64,000 nt of DNA from Psilocybe cubensis (Eukaryota): NCBI GenBank assembly GCA_017499595.2, contig CM039004.1, positions 3,224,001-3,288,000 of the forward strand. The letters are read 5' to 3'. Of this stretch, positions 1 to 12,790 are shown piece by piece. Under the pieces are notes generated by a model. That model had not been told where the DNA came from. It saw nothing but the letters and a program-made list of their open reading frames with translations, and did no database searches. Every line of letters starts with the position of its first letter. Positions within the stretch are counted from its first letter, which is position 1. Made by a program: the position numbers and the translations under genes.

Positions 1-390
1 ACTACCGAAGAACAACATAGGGTCATCGAAATCATCCCAAAAATACACCAAAAAACCTACCAACTATTCCTCCTGTTGTTTTTCCGACCGTAATTAAGGA
101 GAAAATCTTAGCCATGGCGCCAAGACTTTACTAAAAGATGTTCAATAATTCGGGACAAAAACAATGGGCAACGGCCAGAGGCGCTGAACACAGCTGGACC
201 CTCGCCAAGCGCATCCAAGCGTTGGATACGCCCTGGTACACCGGGGTTCACATCATCCTCCACCTTGACTCGTTTCTTAGTTCTGCACAGCCGTTGTCAT
301 AGGTCCTCTTTATTCTTCCTGTATTTCAACCATTCGCCTCTCCACCGAAGAACAGGACCTTTCCTTTCAGATATACAACTCCCATTCCTC

Positions 391-1591
391 ATGCGTTTCC
401 TCAGTAATGCCCTTCTGTTCTTAACGACCAGTACCCTTTTCCTCGCAAGCACTCTCGCCATTGAGAGGTACGCTGCTTTCTTAATGACCTTTCGCGCAGC
501 CTGCTGAAATCATCCTAGGCAGGAATGTGGCTCATACGCATCCGCTGACAAGATAGAAGCCTCAGAGCTGGCAATCAAAGCTCATGCTGCAGAGTTTCGT
601 CAAGGGCGCCGCGCGGAGATGAAGGACTACGTTTTCGATGTGTATTTTAATGTGATTGCGAAGAACATGTCGTTAGCCGGGGGATGGGTGCCGTGAGTAA
701 TCATTATCTGGACTGCTACGAGCATTTAGTAATGCATGTGTTTTTGCGGGTTGTCGTCACTTTACAGACAAAAGCAGATCGACGACCAGATGGCGTTGCT
801 GAACAAGGCGTATGTGGGGACAGGCATTTCGTGGAAACTCGTCAACGTCACCCGCGTCCTGAGTCGTTACTGGCATGAAACTGTGACTCTTGGAGAGTGC
901 GTCGTCATTCCTCTTTTTGGTTTCATGAAGCTTATTATGTACTCTTTTTATGTGTATAAAGGCCACAAGCTATCCAAATGGCGCGTTCCTTTAGAAAAGG
1001 AAAATCCACCGCATTTAACGTTTATACTGTCGGGTAAGGGCCTACTTTCATACGCCTCATTTCACCTCATTTACACTCCCATCTATACAGTTTCTACACA
1101 GAGGCTTTGAACGGATACTCCGCGTTCCCTATCGACTATCGCACAGACCCATATGAAGACGGTTGTGTGCTGCTCTTCGAGACACTTCCAGGAGGCGTCA
1201 GCAGGGAACGCCAGGGCGGCACGCTCATCCACGAAGCTGGTCACTGGCTCGGGTTGTACCACACGTTCCAGGTACGTTTAATCTCTTTCCTTTCTTTCAT
1301 CGTTCTCACCTGTGTACAGGGTGGTTGCGTAGGTCTAGGAGATCGCGTTGCAGACACCCCGCCCAGTTTGAAAGCATCATCTGGTTGCCCCGACTTTGTC
1401 GACTCGTGTCCTGGAGACGGGCCTGATCCAATCCGTAAGTCCCTCGTTTCTATAATGTATATATTCCCTTACACGATGCAGACAACTACATGGATTACAC
1501 AAATGATACATGCCGCACCGAGTTCACCCCCGGCCAGATCCAACGCATCCAGGACTCGATGGCGACGTATCGCAGTGACCCAACGATCTGA
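391..1591 (+). CDS. Secreted M43 (pappalysin/ulilysin-like) zinc metalloprotease, multi-exon
   Basis: Signal-peptide-like MRFLSNALLFLTTSTLFLASTLA at ATG 391; pro-region 'ECGS'; zinc motif HEAGHWLGLYH; GDRVADTP; Met-turn NYMDY in last exon ending TGA 1589-1591; GT-AG introns link the ORF fragments. Confidence 0.9.
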
Positions 1592-2151
1592 GCATCATCA
1601 ATCGTTTTCTCTCATTTTGACGACACCAGCAGAAATTGTACAGATACCCTGATCTGGATTAGGAATTGAAATTGAACCTGACGCGTAAGGCCGAGGAATT
1701 GATCATGGACTTTTATTCTCGCTCTCCATCTTGCTTGTGCTTAATATCCCCTATTATATCTGTTATCATACCGGAGGCCGAGTTTCCACTATGCATCGCA
1801 CGTGGCACGCGGGTGGTGGATGTGGATGTTAGGTTGTATATCTGTTTCTTTTGTAAGGTACAAAAGTAGTACTTTTGTACCTTTTGGATACGTGATGAAA
1901 TGAAATTATCTTAATGCTACTACAGAGCCCTTCTAATTAACTAAATGCCTTTTGGTCTGGCGAACTAACTGTACTTGGGGTCAGAGATTCAAAGTAAGTC
2001 CAAGTTCACATGGTGCGACGCGTCTTCTGACGCGTCGCGTCCAACATCAAACGTCATAACTATATCCACATGGAACATATCAGATACAAAAGAGTTGTAA
2101 ATAGGAAGCACATCTAATCCGGCATATTTCTGCGAAGTAGTATGAGTGAAT

Positions 2152-5127
2152 CTACCGAGGTATATCTAAGACGGAACCAGTGACCACCGCCACGGCGTCC
2201 TTCTTTGTATACACCCGTAGTCCTAAAACCAGGGATAGTTGCTTCTCATCCTCGTACGTAATGGAATTGCTGTGAGCAGCATCCGAAGCAGGGGCCTCTG
2301 TGACTGCGGTAGATATACCAGGAGTTTCAGATGTTGAAGCGTTGTGTTTTGGAAACAATGTAGGGGAGTGTTGCGAAATGTCGTATGGTGCTGCTGAATC
2401 ATTCTGTGGTCTGGGTTTGGCGGGTGTCCCCACGGTCCTCTTTACGGTAGTGACTGTGGTAGTCGTAGTAGTCGTAGTAGTCTTTGTGAGGTTGTTCGTG
2501 TCTGGTGCCGGGTTCTCTGCGCTATTGGGTATCTGGGACTGTAAATCTCGTTCTATAATCGCACGCAACGAGGTTGGTAGAAATTTCTTCTCCTCCCTTG
2601 TTATGATATCAGTATAGCCCTGTAGTAGCAGCACTAGGATCATATCATTTTATCACGTACCCGAGTGTATAGTCTGCGTGAATAGTGAATAGGTGGTAAA
2701 TCCGCGGTGAGTATTTATGCAATGCAGGATAGTAAAAAATAACCCTGTTTCTGACTTACTGGATGCTATCATTCTGCTCTCAACTCGCTGGGACAGCATG
2801 CGAGATAACTTGCGGTAGTCCATTGTAGGCAGGCTATCCTCAAAGTATGTCTGTACGCAGGCGTTTATTTAATGAAATCCCGAGAATTGGACCACACTTC
2901 ATTAAAAGACGCACTGTGTCACCATAGTATAAACGATCAATCCTCGGCTTCATTTTTAAAGAAAACAAAGAATGGGCGGTATTAAATAAAAGGGACGGGA
3001 GTAAGTGATATAACTTGACTCACATATACCGCATATTTACCAGCTTCTAATTCGAGCTCACAGCTTACGCTTCTCTCACAGATCGCCCCACTGTATGTGT
3101 GGTTTTGCGTCTCCTGTTTATCAAGTCTGTAGAGTACAAACTCTAGAGTGTGGTACTGATGCTGGTGAGTAATATGCTTGAAGTACCGTTCGTCGAGAGA
3201 TGTAAGTGCAATGATTGCGCTTGTTCTTTTGGGCAGATCGAAGTAGACTGGGATGACATGTTAAGAATGGCAATGTGTTGCTCACAAAAAAGAATGAAAA
3301 ACGTACAAACGACCTCTCCGTGACTCCATGAGCATAGCGGAGATCTGGGAGGAAGCCGAAGCCAATACGTCGACATAACCCAGCTGGAGTCCAATATAAT
3401 TGTCCGCTGAACTGAGGCCCATACCTGTAGAAAGTCTGAGTCTGCATAGAGGCACCAATGCATCAATAAAGCCGGAGGTTGTTCTCTACAGACGATATGG
3501 AATACTTACACTCCATGACAAACTCGCCGTCGTCACCTAGGATGTGGTCAAGCTCTGTGAGGATCGCACGGCCTTCATCCCCATTCCATTCTTTGGAGCC
3601 GTCGGACCATGCTCCTGTCCACTCCTCTTTACCCCAGGGATTTCGCAAGACCACAAACCTCCTCCCACGACATTCCTTAACCCTGAGGATGGAATAAGCA
3701 TGGCTACCGTAAAGGCCGCCCACCGTCGCTGCAGAATTTCCACTTCGCCATTCCGTTAAAGCGGGGAACGAGACACCGTACAAATGAGTTTCTGAGTTGT
3801 TTGAGTAGAGCAACTCATCCTTCCAGAATTTATCTGGATCAAGTATATCCTGTTATATGGGCCATAGTTGCCTTTAGCTACGGATAATCATGTGAAATTT
3901 ACTCACGCAAACTTTGAACGTGGTTGAGATGCCCCTGCCAGTGAAATGATACATATCAGTATAACCAATGACCAATAGCTTTGTAATTATACGCGCCCAG
4001 TAAGATCTTCGACACCCTCATTCATTCTTCCCCCATTAAGTGAGGCGTAGTCGCCATGTAGTTTGGCATATGCTTTCTCAATCAATGGTACCCACGTCTC
4101 TCCGCTGGTCCCCGAGCGCGCAAAATACAGACCTTTCCCCCCCTTCCTAGCCAAGCTATTGTAGAGGTCTTTATCATCATGATAGAGGGATTTCTCCTCT
4201 TGGCTAAGACCTTCGAACTTGGGAAGAGACCAGAATAACTGGCTGATGGAAACAACGGTAAGAAGCAGCCAAAACCTGGGCCAACATGGAATTTCAGGGA
4301 GAAAACTCACTCATCAATCACAACATTCACCCACTGACTATTTTTAAAGAATATGAAGCCGTAGACACCAACTTCCTGATCGCGCTGCGTGATTCCAAAT
4401 ATTATCATCTATTGCTAGATCCTGATGCGCCGACAGTAAAACAGATGCAGGACGTACGCCTATACACGATTTCTCTACCAGACCTGGGAAGGCCGCCATA
4501 GTTGCAAGTGCGGATAGAAACCAGCAATTGCCCAGCTTTCCCTGAACAATGTCACTCGAGTGAGGAGCGCCGACAAAAAACTTTGGATCCTCGAAGATTT
4601 CGGACACTCTTCGTACATCAGGAGGATTGGTCGTTTTGTCGCCCGTTAAGCCGTACAAACACCTCACTGTGTCGTTCTCTAAATCAAATTCGATGTCGCT
4701 AGGATAATAAAAGGTAAATGAAGGCACTTTTAAAATGACGATAAACCGTTGAACGATGGAGAGCTCACCGGAACTTCCTGTTTGCTGCCCTGCATTCTTT
4801 TGCTATCCGTTCTACTTTCTCCTTACAATCTTTAAGCGCCTGTTGGAGCTCCTCGGTTACAATCAATCCAACTTGTGGCGGCGGCGGTGTACTTGGTAGT
4901 ATAGAAGAATCAGTCATCGTATTTCTTCGAGTTGGCTGCGCGATGTTCCAAGGTTCCGAATCTTTAGGTGCAGGAGGATAGTGGCCAAGTGCCATCTTGC
5001 CTGAGGTCAGAGGTTCATAAATGGAATGGGAGAGCGTAGCAGTATTGATAACATTGTCAGATAATGGTGAAGAACCTGAGGACTCGGAGGAAATATGGGC
5101 AGGTAATGAGTAGACTGAGAGGCTCAT
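2152..5127 (-). CDS. Calpain-like cysteine protease (C2 catalytic domain), copy 1, multi-exon
   Basis: [14 protein letters not shown] (Cys), [22 protein letters not shown] (His), RNPWG (Asn), DDGEFVM; C-terminal Thr-rich tail and LGLRVYT. Start uncertain (5127, 4995 or slightly downstream). Confidence 0.9.
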
Positions 5128-5937
5128 GGACTTTGGTTCCAGTGTGCGTTTACACTCCTGTTGGAGCAGCTTCCGTCCGAGTTATCGTAGCTCAGAGAAA
5201 CGGAAAAGGACCTCTCAATGTCCGTGTTTGAACGACCTCGGACCGCAGCATTATATGAGTCCAAAAGTGCAACATGCACACAACAAACAAGATGACGGGT
5301 GTTGATACCGAGTTGGTTTTTAGTTGATCCGACTGCTTTGAGGCTGTGTAATCGCAAGCCGCGTCAATTATGTACACTTCACGTTAGCTGTAGGGTTGAA
5401 TCGGACGGTTTACCCTCACGACGGGCTAAGATGGCGTCAGAAAGTCAGAAATACAGCCTCAACACATTGGTGTACTGAACAAACAATTCGACAGGATTAA
5501 CCTCCCTACATGTTCCGCTGACCACGTAAGCAGGCTATCGCAGAATTGTTGGCCAAATTGAGGGGGTATGTTTCCGATCATCAAGGACAGAGAAAAAATT
5601 TGACGCTTTCTAGTTGCTTGAAACTATTTTTTGTTCCTAACATTGTTAAGACAATGGAAGGCCAGACTAAGTGGTGGTAGTGAAACTCGGAGTGCAGCAA
5701 CGAGCCACGTAGGCTGACACATAAAATAATAACAACAGATCCAGAACGGAGAACATGAGTATACGAGGTCCGGGAACATACAATATGTATCAATATCAAA
5801 GCGACGTTCATGTTCACTCCAGTTGATCAAGATGTATGATGAGTCGAGGGGTATGAATTACAGGGAATATTTTAATACAGTACATGTTGACATTTAACGC
5901 TCTTCTCGAGCTGTTCTAAAATAACCTGGCATTCGAT

Positions 5938-8649
5938 TCATGAATTTTCAGAATCTTCCTTCTGATCAGAGTCAACCTTCAACCTCCCTACCACTACCGT
6001 CGGGACATCCTTATGTGTATATACCCGGAGGCCGACACATACTGTATTCGGGTCATCGTGGTCGATTTCAACCTTGCCTTTAGGTACATCTTCACCCTTG
6101 GTCGCTGAACTACCACCATACCTCGGACTGGAACCGCGATAGCGAGAGCGCGATGTGTCAGGAATGTTGGGAACTTCCGGGGTCACATTTGGCAAGGCGG
6201 GTGTTGATATACCGTTTGTAGTTGGGGTAGGATCAACGGTAGTGGGAGGAAGTGGAATGGACGTAGGTTTCTCAGGAGGAGATTCCTTTTGCAAGGCCAC
6301 CTTTTTTCCAACAACGACTGTCTCGACCTTCGTAGTTGTGGTAGTGGTCGTGGTCGTAACGGTGCCGTCTTCAGAAACCTCTTCTACTACCTTGGTGACG
6401 ACTTCACCTTCGGCCTTTTTCTTCTTTTCGTACTCTTCCAAATCACGTTGAATGAGAGATTCCAATGTAGTAGGAAGGTATTTGGCCTGATCTCTGCAAA
6501 AAAAAGAAATTAGATAATTCTAGGTTAACGACCTTGAACTAGTACGGTAACGGACTCTGCCTTGAAATCTAACAGACAATATTCAATTCGTGTATCCTGA
6601 GGGGGAGAGGAAATACTCACTAGAAGCAATCGAATTACTCTTCGCACGCTGCATCATGATGCGTGACATCTTCCTAAGCATCCATTCATCAACGTATTTC
6701 TTGTCCTGAAATTGTATTAGGTTTGAGATAGTAAAGACCGGTAAAGGGATACGAACATCGTCTTCATTTTTATCCAACGATCTATCCAGGCGAACGTAAA
6801 CGATATAATCTCCTGCTTCCAATTCAATTTCTAGGTGTACATTGCGAAGGTAAAAGTCGGAGTGTGGTGATTCTGCGATAGGCTCTTTTTCGCCTTGCTT
6901 GACGAGGGCGAAGTCCAGAGTCCAAGAAGCTCTACCAGATATGTCACGGAAATATCGAGTATCGAGCTGAGAAAGTACTATCACGGCGTTCGATCGACTA
7001 GCCAGTGAAAAGGTAACTATTGAGAGGTAAGCATCCATATATGACGATTGAGTATGAATCTAACATACATGATACATCGCCGTATGTCCATGCAGCTGGA
7101 AGAGGCGGTACAGTGACTTGAAGCCATTGAGAAGTCATCCTCCAATCCGAATCGAATAAAATTGTTCGATCAATCTGTCCAAAGCTCTCTAGCCAATCCG
7201 AGTCTATGGACCTTTTAATGTCTGTTAGCTGTAACAGCGAATAACTTACATTCCATGACAAACTGGCCGTCATCTCCAAACTGATGGCCAAGTTGAGGTA
7301 GATATTCAAGCCACTCGTGTGTCCATTCTTTGGAACCGTCTGACCATCGACCCGTCCATTCAGATTTACCCCAGGGATTGCGGACAACGACGAATCTTTT
7401 CCCATTGCACTCGACCGCTCGAAGTACGGAGTATGCATGGTTTCCTACCAGACCTTGAACTTTAGCGTTACTCACGCCACTGCGTGTGCCATCCAGATTG
7501 TTGAAGGAGCATCCGAACAGTCTATCTTTATTGGCGCGACCAAGCTCCTCATCCCAGAAACGATCGGGATCCAATATATCCTAAGGGATATCCCGTTAAA
7601 GGAGGAGTAATAAAGAAATGTCAATGACAGTACCTTGCTCTGTAATACGGTTGATACGCCACTAGATGTATCACTTTATGAGCGTCAACATGTTGTTATT
7701 ATTTAGTAACTGCTCACCCAGTTAAGTCCTCAATCGCATCGCACTCTTGCCCTCCCAATAAATGCGAATAGCACCCATGGAGCTTTGCATATGCCTTTTC
7801 AATCAGAGGTACCCATGTTTCGCCTGCAGTCCCTGACTTAGCGAAGTATAACGATTTCCCACCTTTCCTTGCGGACTTGTTATAGGTATCTTTGTCGTAG
7901 TGATACAGTTCTTGCTCGGAACTTTTAAGCTCCTCGTATTTGGGGACACGTGTGTAGAGCATGCTGTAGGTTGTTTAGATGGATTTAAAAAAAGTATGAA
8001 GGCTGAACTTACTCATCGATAATGACAGTAACCCAAGCATCATCTCTGAAGAAGATAAAACCATATACGCCGACTTTTTCGTCGCGCTGGATTTGATTCC
8101 CAGTTAGGCCGTGACAAGAGATAAAAATAGCAAGGGGGCCAGGAACGTACAGCGACGCAGAACTTTTCTACCAGGCCTGGAGCCGTGGATACAGTGGCCA
8201 GAGCAGATAGAAACCAGCAGTCTCCTAATGCTCCTTGGATGATGTCGTTCGAATCCGCAGCTCCTCCCACAAAGAATTGGGGGTTATCGAAGATCTGAGT
8301 GACCCTGTGTACATCAGCCGGCGGTGTGTTGACTGAATCTCCATTCAAGACGAAGAGACCGTAGAGGCATCTGTTCTGATCGTTCTCGAGATCAAATTCG
8401 ATATCTCTGGAAAGCGCTCGTCATGAGAAGCTGATATCATGTGAGAAACCAATACCTAAAAGCGTACCTGAACTTGCGGTTCTTTGCACGACATTCTTTT
8501 GCAATTCGTTCAACCTTTTTCCTACATTCTTCAATGGCATTTTCCAATTCCTTTGTCACAAGTAAACCAGCCTCTTGCTTAGCGAAGGTTTTAGTGTCGG
8601 GCTTGATTTCTGTAGTAATTTCAGTGGTGGTTATTGTGGTAGTCGCCAT
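5938..8649 (-). CDS. Calpain-like cysteine protease, copy 2, multi-exon
   Basis: [48 protein letters not shown]; tail with poly-Thr and VGLRVYT; exon pattern similar to copy 1. Confidence 0.92.
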
Positions 8650-10329
8650 CTGGAAGGTGGGGAGATTGAGGTTGTGCGGTGAGTGGCATCAAGCTTATAT
8701 AGATTCAATAACGCGGAGATGAGGGCTGTCAAAATCCGATATCTCGACATAAGATCCAAACGGAGAGTGTTGGGCGCTAGAGCATGTATTTGATTTGCCC
8801 CTATCTGGTAGTATGGCACGATGAGATTACTCACATGCTATGCGTGTGCTACCCGAGGGTCATATTCATCGCATTTTTTCTCAGCAACCTCGTCAGATTG
8901 ACTCGCGCGCGGCACGGATTGGGGTCCTTGCGAGAAAAAGACCTTGAATGACCGTTGAGAACTGTAAGAAGGCCGTACGTGGCCTATGTCGGAGCTGTAT
9001 CCTCACCCCGAGCCCCATTCGGCACGGAGAAAACGGGTGATGACTACATGATCTTGAACCGCCAATTTTGACCTAACCTGTACTGCATCAATACGATTTG
9101 AAGCAAGGTCAGAAAGTACTACCCGAAGGGTTACCACGAAGGCGATGCACCATTCAAGTGTACAAGCGAATCTACAAGGCCTGATGAAGGAAACGAGCAA
9201 GTACAAGAAAGGAATCCGTCTCATAGCATCTCAAAAAAAGATAAATGGTTCGGCATGTCCCTAACTGTCATTAATGGTTTCGGTTTGGAGCTTGTCAATA
9301 TATGAATTCGAATGGTGCACATTGGGAGCTTACCACGCCTGCCACTGACTGTCTTCGACAGTTCAGGTTGATCATCACAACATTTTGTGGGACAGGAGCT
9401 AGAATTTAGAAAGTGGATTTCCGGCGCCAATCAATCCTTCTGCGAATTAGTCGGCGATAAAAACACCTTGCAGCATCTCGAGTCAGTTAGACGAAGCAAC
9501 GTTGGAGAGTTCTAGTGATTCTTCTATGACTTGTCCATGACTCACTGAAGGAGTGGGCAAATGCAAGTGGCTGTGCAAATGCATTACCAAACATTTTACG
9601 TCACGTGATGAGGTCGCGTCTACTTTGACGCCGCGCGTGAGTGGAAAGAGATAGGTACATAAGTCGTATACGCCGGGTTCGGATTCATATTTGAGTGACA
9701 CCAGTAAGCGATGGATTAAATTCTTATCTGATAAAGAGAAAAAGCTTAGTCTAACAAGTATTAGGCCTGAGATATTACCTGGGAATGACTAACAGTTAAA
9801 CAATCTACGTGATGAACTCTTTTAACAGGAGTCAACACATTGGAAAGTTTGGTTTCTAAAACTTTGTCTCAATTTTGGCATTTCTTACGGTACTGTGTTT
9901 ATTCAACTGCAATCCCAACTGTGATGGAGCCCACCCAACGGAGAACAATAACGCGATAAAAATAGAATTTGTGTGGTTGCCAAGAACAGGTATATCACTG
10001 AGTGTGACTAAAGGTGAAGTATAAGCATTGGACTATGTAACTAGAAGTCATATTGGCTGTTTTGGTATACTAGGCCACCCTCTTCTATTCGGTCGGCGGT
10101 CGTGCTACAGGACAAATACTTCTTTCTACGTCACATCACCTGCTTCTTTTTATTTTAACGGTATAAGCAAGTACGTTATTCTGGTGTCAATCAATCAATG
10201 CACTCAAAAACAACAAGAACTAGCGTTGCTATAGACCCCTTTTATCCGGTGGACTAATTAACGCCGTGTATATAACCTGCATTGTTTAGTTAGATAGTCA
10301 TTCTCTTCTTTTCTTCCGTCTTGTCCAGG

Positions 10330-11783
10330 ATGACAAAGTTTGACCCTGCGGCCGTTAACTGTAGACTCACCAAGGCGCGGCTAACGTCTGCAGAGATATT
10401 CTGGCGCGGCATTCAACCCTGGTTGGTTGACCAAGGCTACGAGCTTCGAAAGCGCTACAGGCCAGATTGGGTTCCTAGCTGGCTGAAGTATGATTCATCT
10501 CCAGACCGATATGAGGATGGACAGGTGCTTCCTGTGAGTTTTGTTACTTTGGCATATATGAATAGGCAATAACTGAATCCATGGACAGTACGACCAGATT
10601 ATCGACGCTGTCAAACTTTCGGACGGATCAAGAGTGGTTTTGAAAAGAATCAAGAGGACGTCGCGGTCAAACGAGCACAACATGCTGATGTTCTTTGGGA
10701 CGGGGTCCCTAGCATCTAGTTCTCGCAATCACTGCGTACCGGTGCTGGCCACGTTGTACCCGCCGAGCGAGAGGAGCTGGATTATTGTTGTGATGCCATT
10801 GTTGCGTGAGTATGATTCTCCACGGTTTGATACTGTGGGAGAGGCCGTCGAGTGCTTTAGGCAAATATTTGAGGTGCGTTCTCGGAGTCACATTGCTTCA
10901 GAATGCTGAAATTCCATTCAGGGGCTTGATTTTATGCATAAGCAAGGAGTTGCCCACCGGTATGTTGAAATCGACTAAGTAGGCTGTTGGAAGAATACCA
11001 TTGCTTACTAGATGTTAGGGATATATGCATCGAAAACATCATGGTCGACGCGCGTGATCTTTACCCGAAAGGCTATCACTTCGTCCGAAAGAATGAGTCA
11101 GTTGATCTAAAAGGACGCGCTCGGTATCGCACACGAACGCAGAAACCAGCGAAATACTACATAGTTGGATATGAACAAGCTCAACATTGCGATCTGGATA
11201 AATTTACAGAGAAACTGGACCCAGTTCGGTACAGACTAGAGAGTCCAACATCTCATTTTCTTTTGGACTCGGAGGATACCCCAGACCCATTCGCCACGGA
11301 CGTCTTTTATATCGGAAATCTGATCAGATACTACTTTTTAGATGTAAACATCTTTCTCGATACGTTGGCGATTACTGACATTTTATTAATTGTTAGGGTC
11401 ACTCAATTCCAAATGTAACCCGTAAACGCAAAGGAAGCTTTGAATTCATGCGACCTTTGATCATGGCAATGACCCAAGAGGACTACACAAAGAGGCCTAC
11501 CATGAGCCAAGTGAACCGTGCATTCGAAATTCTTGTCCAGGGTCTCAGCGAGCTCACACTCAGGTCTCGCTTTTCTCGACCACAAGACGGGGTCCTTTCT
11601 GCTGTCGTATATGGCGTTCCACACTGGCTGCGGAAGATATCTTTTGCTGTTCGACGAGTTCCTTCTCTTCCTAAGCCGCGCATGGACAAAGTTTTGAAGC
11701 AAGATAAGAAGGATGCTCTCGACGCTATCATGGTCAACCTAGCTCCTTCATCTGTATCTAGCTTTAAGCCTGTAACACGATGA
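10330..11783 (+). CDS. Agaricomycete-type protein-kinase-like protein, probably a pseudokinase
   Basis: GYELRKRYRPDWVPSW, VVLKRI (beta3 Lys), RNHCVPVL, VMPLLR, FRQIFE|GLDFMHKQGVAHR|DICIENI across introns, DPFATDVFYIGN, KRPTM; the DFG position reads GYE. Confidence 0.8.
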
Positions 11784-12729
11784 AACGACATCTATGAATC
11801 TGATATAGGATTTAAAAACCAGTGGGATTATTAACGTTAAATTTAATATGTTAAAGGTGCAGAAGTCTAGATATGTGCATTCCTCACCTTATCTTTACTG
11901 AAGACAAATTCAATGCTTTACTCGAAACATGACAATGTCGGGCCATTGCCATCGGAGATGGGTTGCACTAATTAGCGAGGATTCAGGAAGGCAATACATA
12001 CTGACGACCCGGAATTTTTTGACGAAGAATGCTTTACCGGAATGGGGAATGGATGCCAAGGCCGAGCGCCTATTCTTGGAACTCTCAGAAATTAAAACAT
12101 ACCCGTCGAAGGTTGTCAAAAAAATCCCTCAAAGACTAGTGAATGTCCTTTTTAACAATTCACCGTTAAACTCTACGTCTATCGTTGATGTATTCGACTC
12201 TAAATTTACTTATACTCATTTCTCTTTTACTTTTGAGCAATAATTGTTAAGGTTCAAAGATTGTTTATACATCCACCTTATTAAACCTAACGCTAGTATT
12301 GTTCGGCCGTCAAATAATTTAAAAATGAGGTGGAAATAATAGCTTATCAGTTGTCCAATTCATTCCCCAGACTGGGGAAAATGTGGGGAACTCCTATTCA
12401 TCCGTCTAACGTGGTTGAGCAATTATTTGCGGCAGTGCAAAAATCTCTGGTTAGGGTTAACGTTACGCATTGAGCATGTGAAATTGTTGGTCCACTTTAG
12501 TTTCATCAGGAGCGTTCATGGTACAGGCAACACCAGGTCAAACCACCACCGAAATTTCTCAGGAGCTGGGTACCTAAGAGCTCAGGCTTGCAGTAATGCA
12601 CGATTTCATGTGGGATGGTCAAAATGACGGTAGACCACATAACCGAATCTGCCTGACGGAGCTTCAGAAAATGGTCGAACAGTCAGCAAGTGGACATGTG
12701 ATAAGGCCGGGTATTGAGATTCCCGAACT

Positions 12730-12735
12730 TATAAA
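12730..12735 (+). promoter_or_regulatory. Probable TATA box of the thiolase gene
   Basis: TATAAA about 60 nt upstream of ATG 12791, followed by a pyrimidine-rich leader. Confidence 0.5.
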
Positions 12736-12790
12736 GGCGCGTAAGACCCGTCAGTCCTCCTCATCCACCTCCATCCACAACCACGTCGAT

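Noticed and set aside
2300..6451. Val-rich plus-strand ORFs (2300-2617, 6155-6451) resembling membrane proteins
   Set aside because: Antisense reading of the calpain poly-Thr tracts.
9181..9200. CTGATGA...GAAA resembling a hammerhead ribozyme core
   Set aside because: No room for stem II and no flanking stems I/III.
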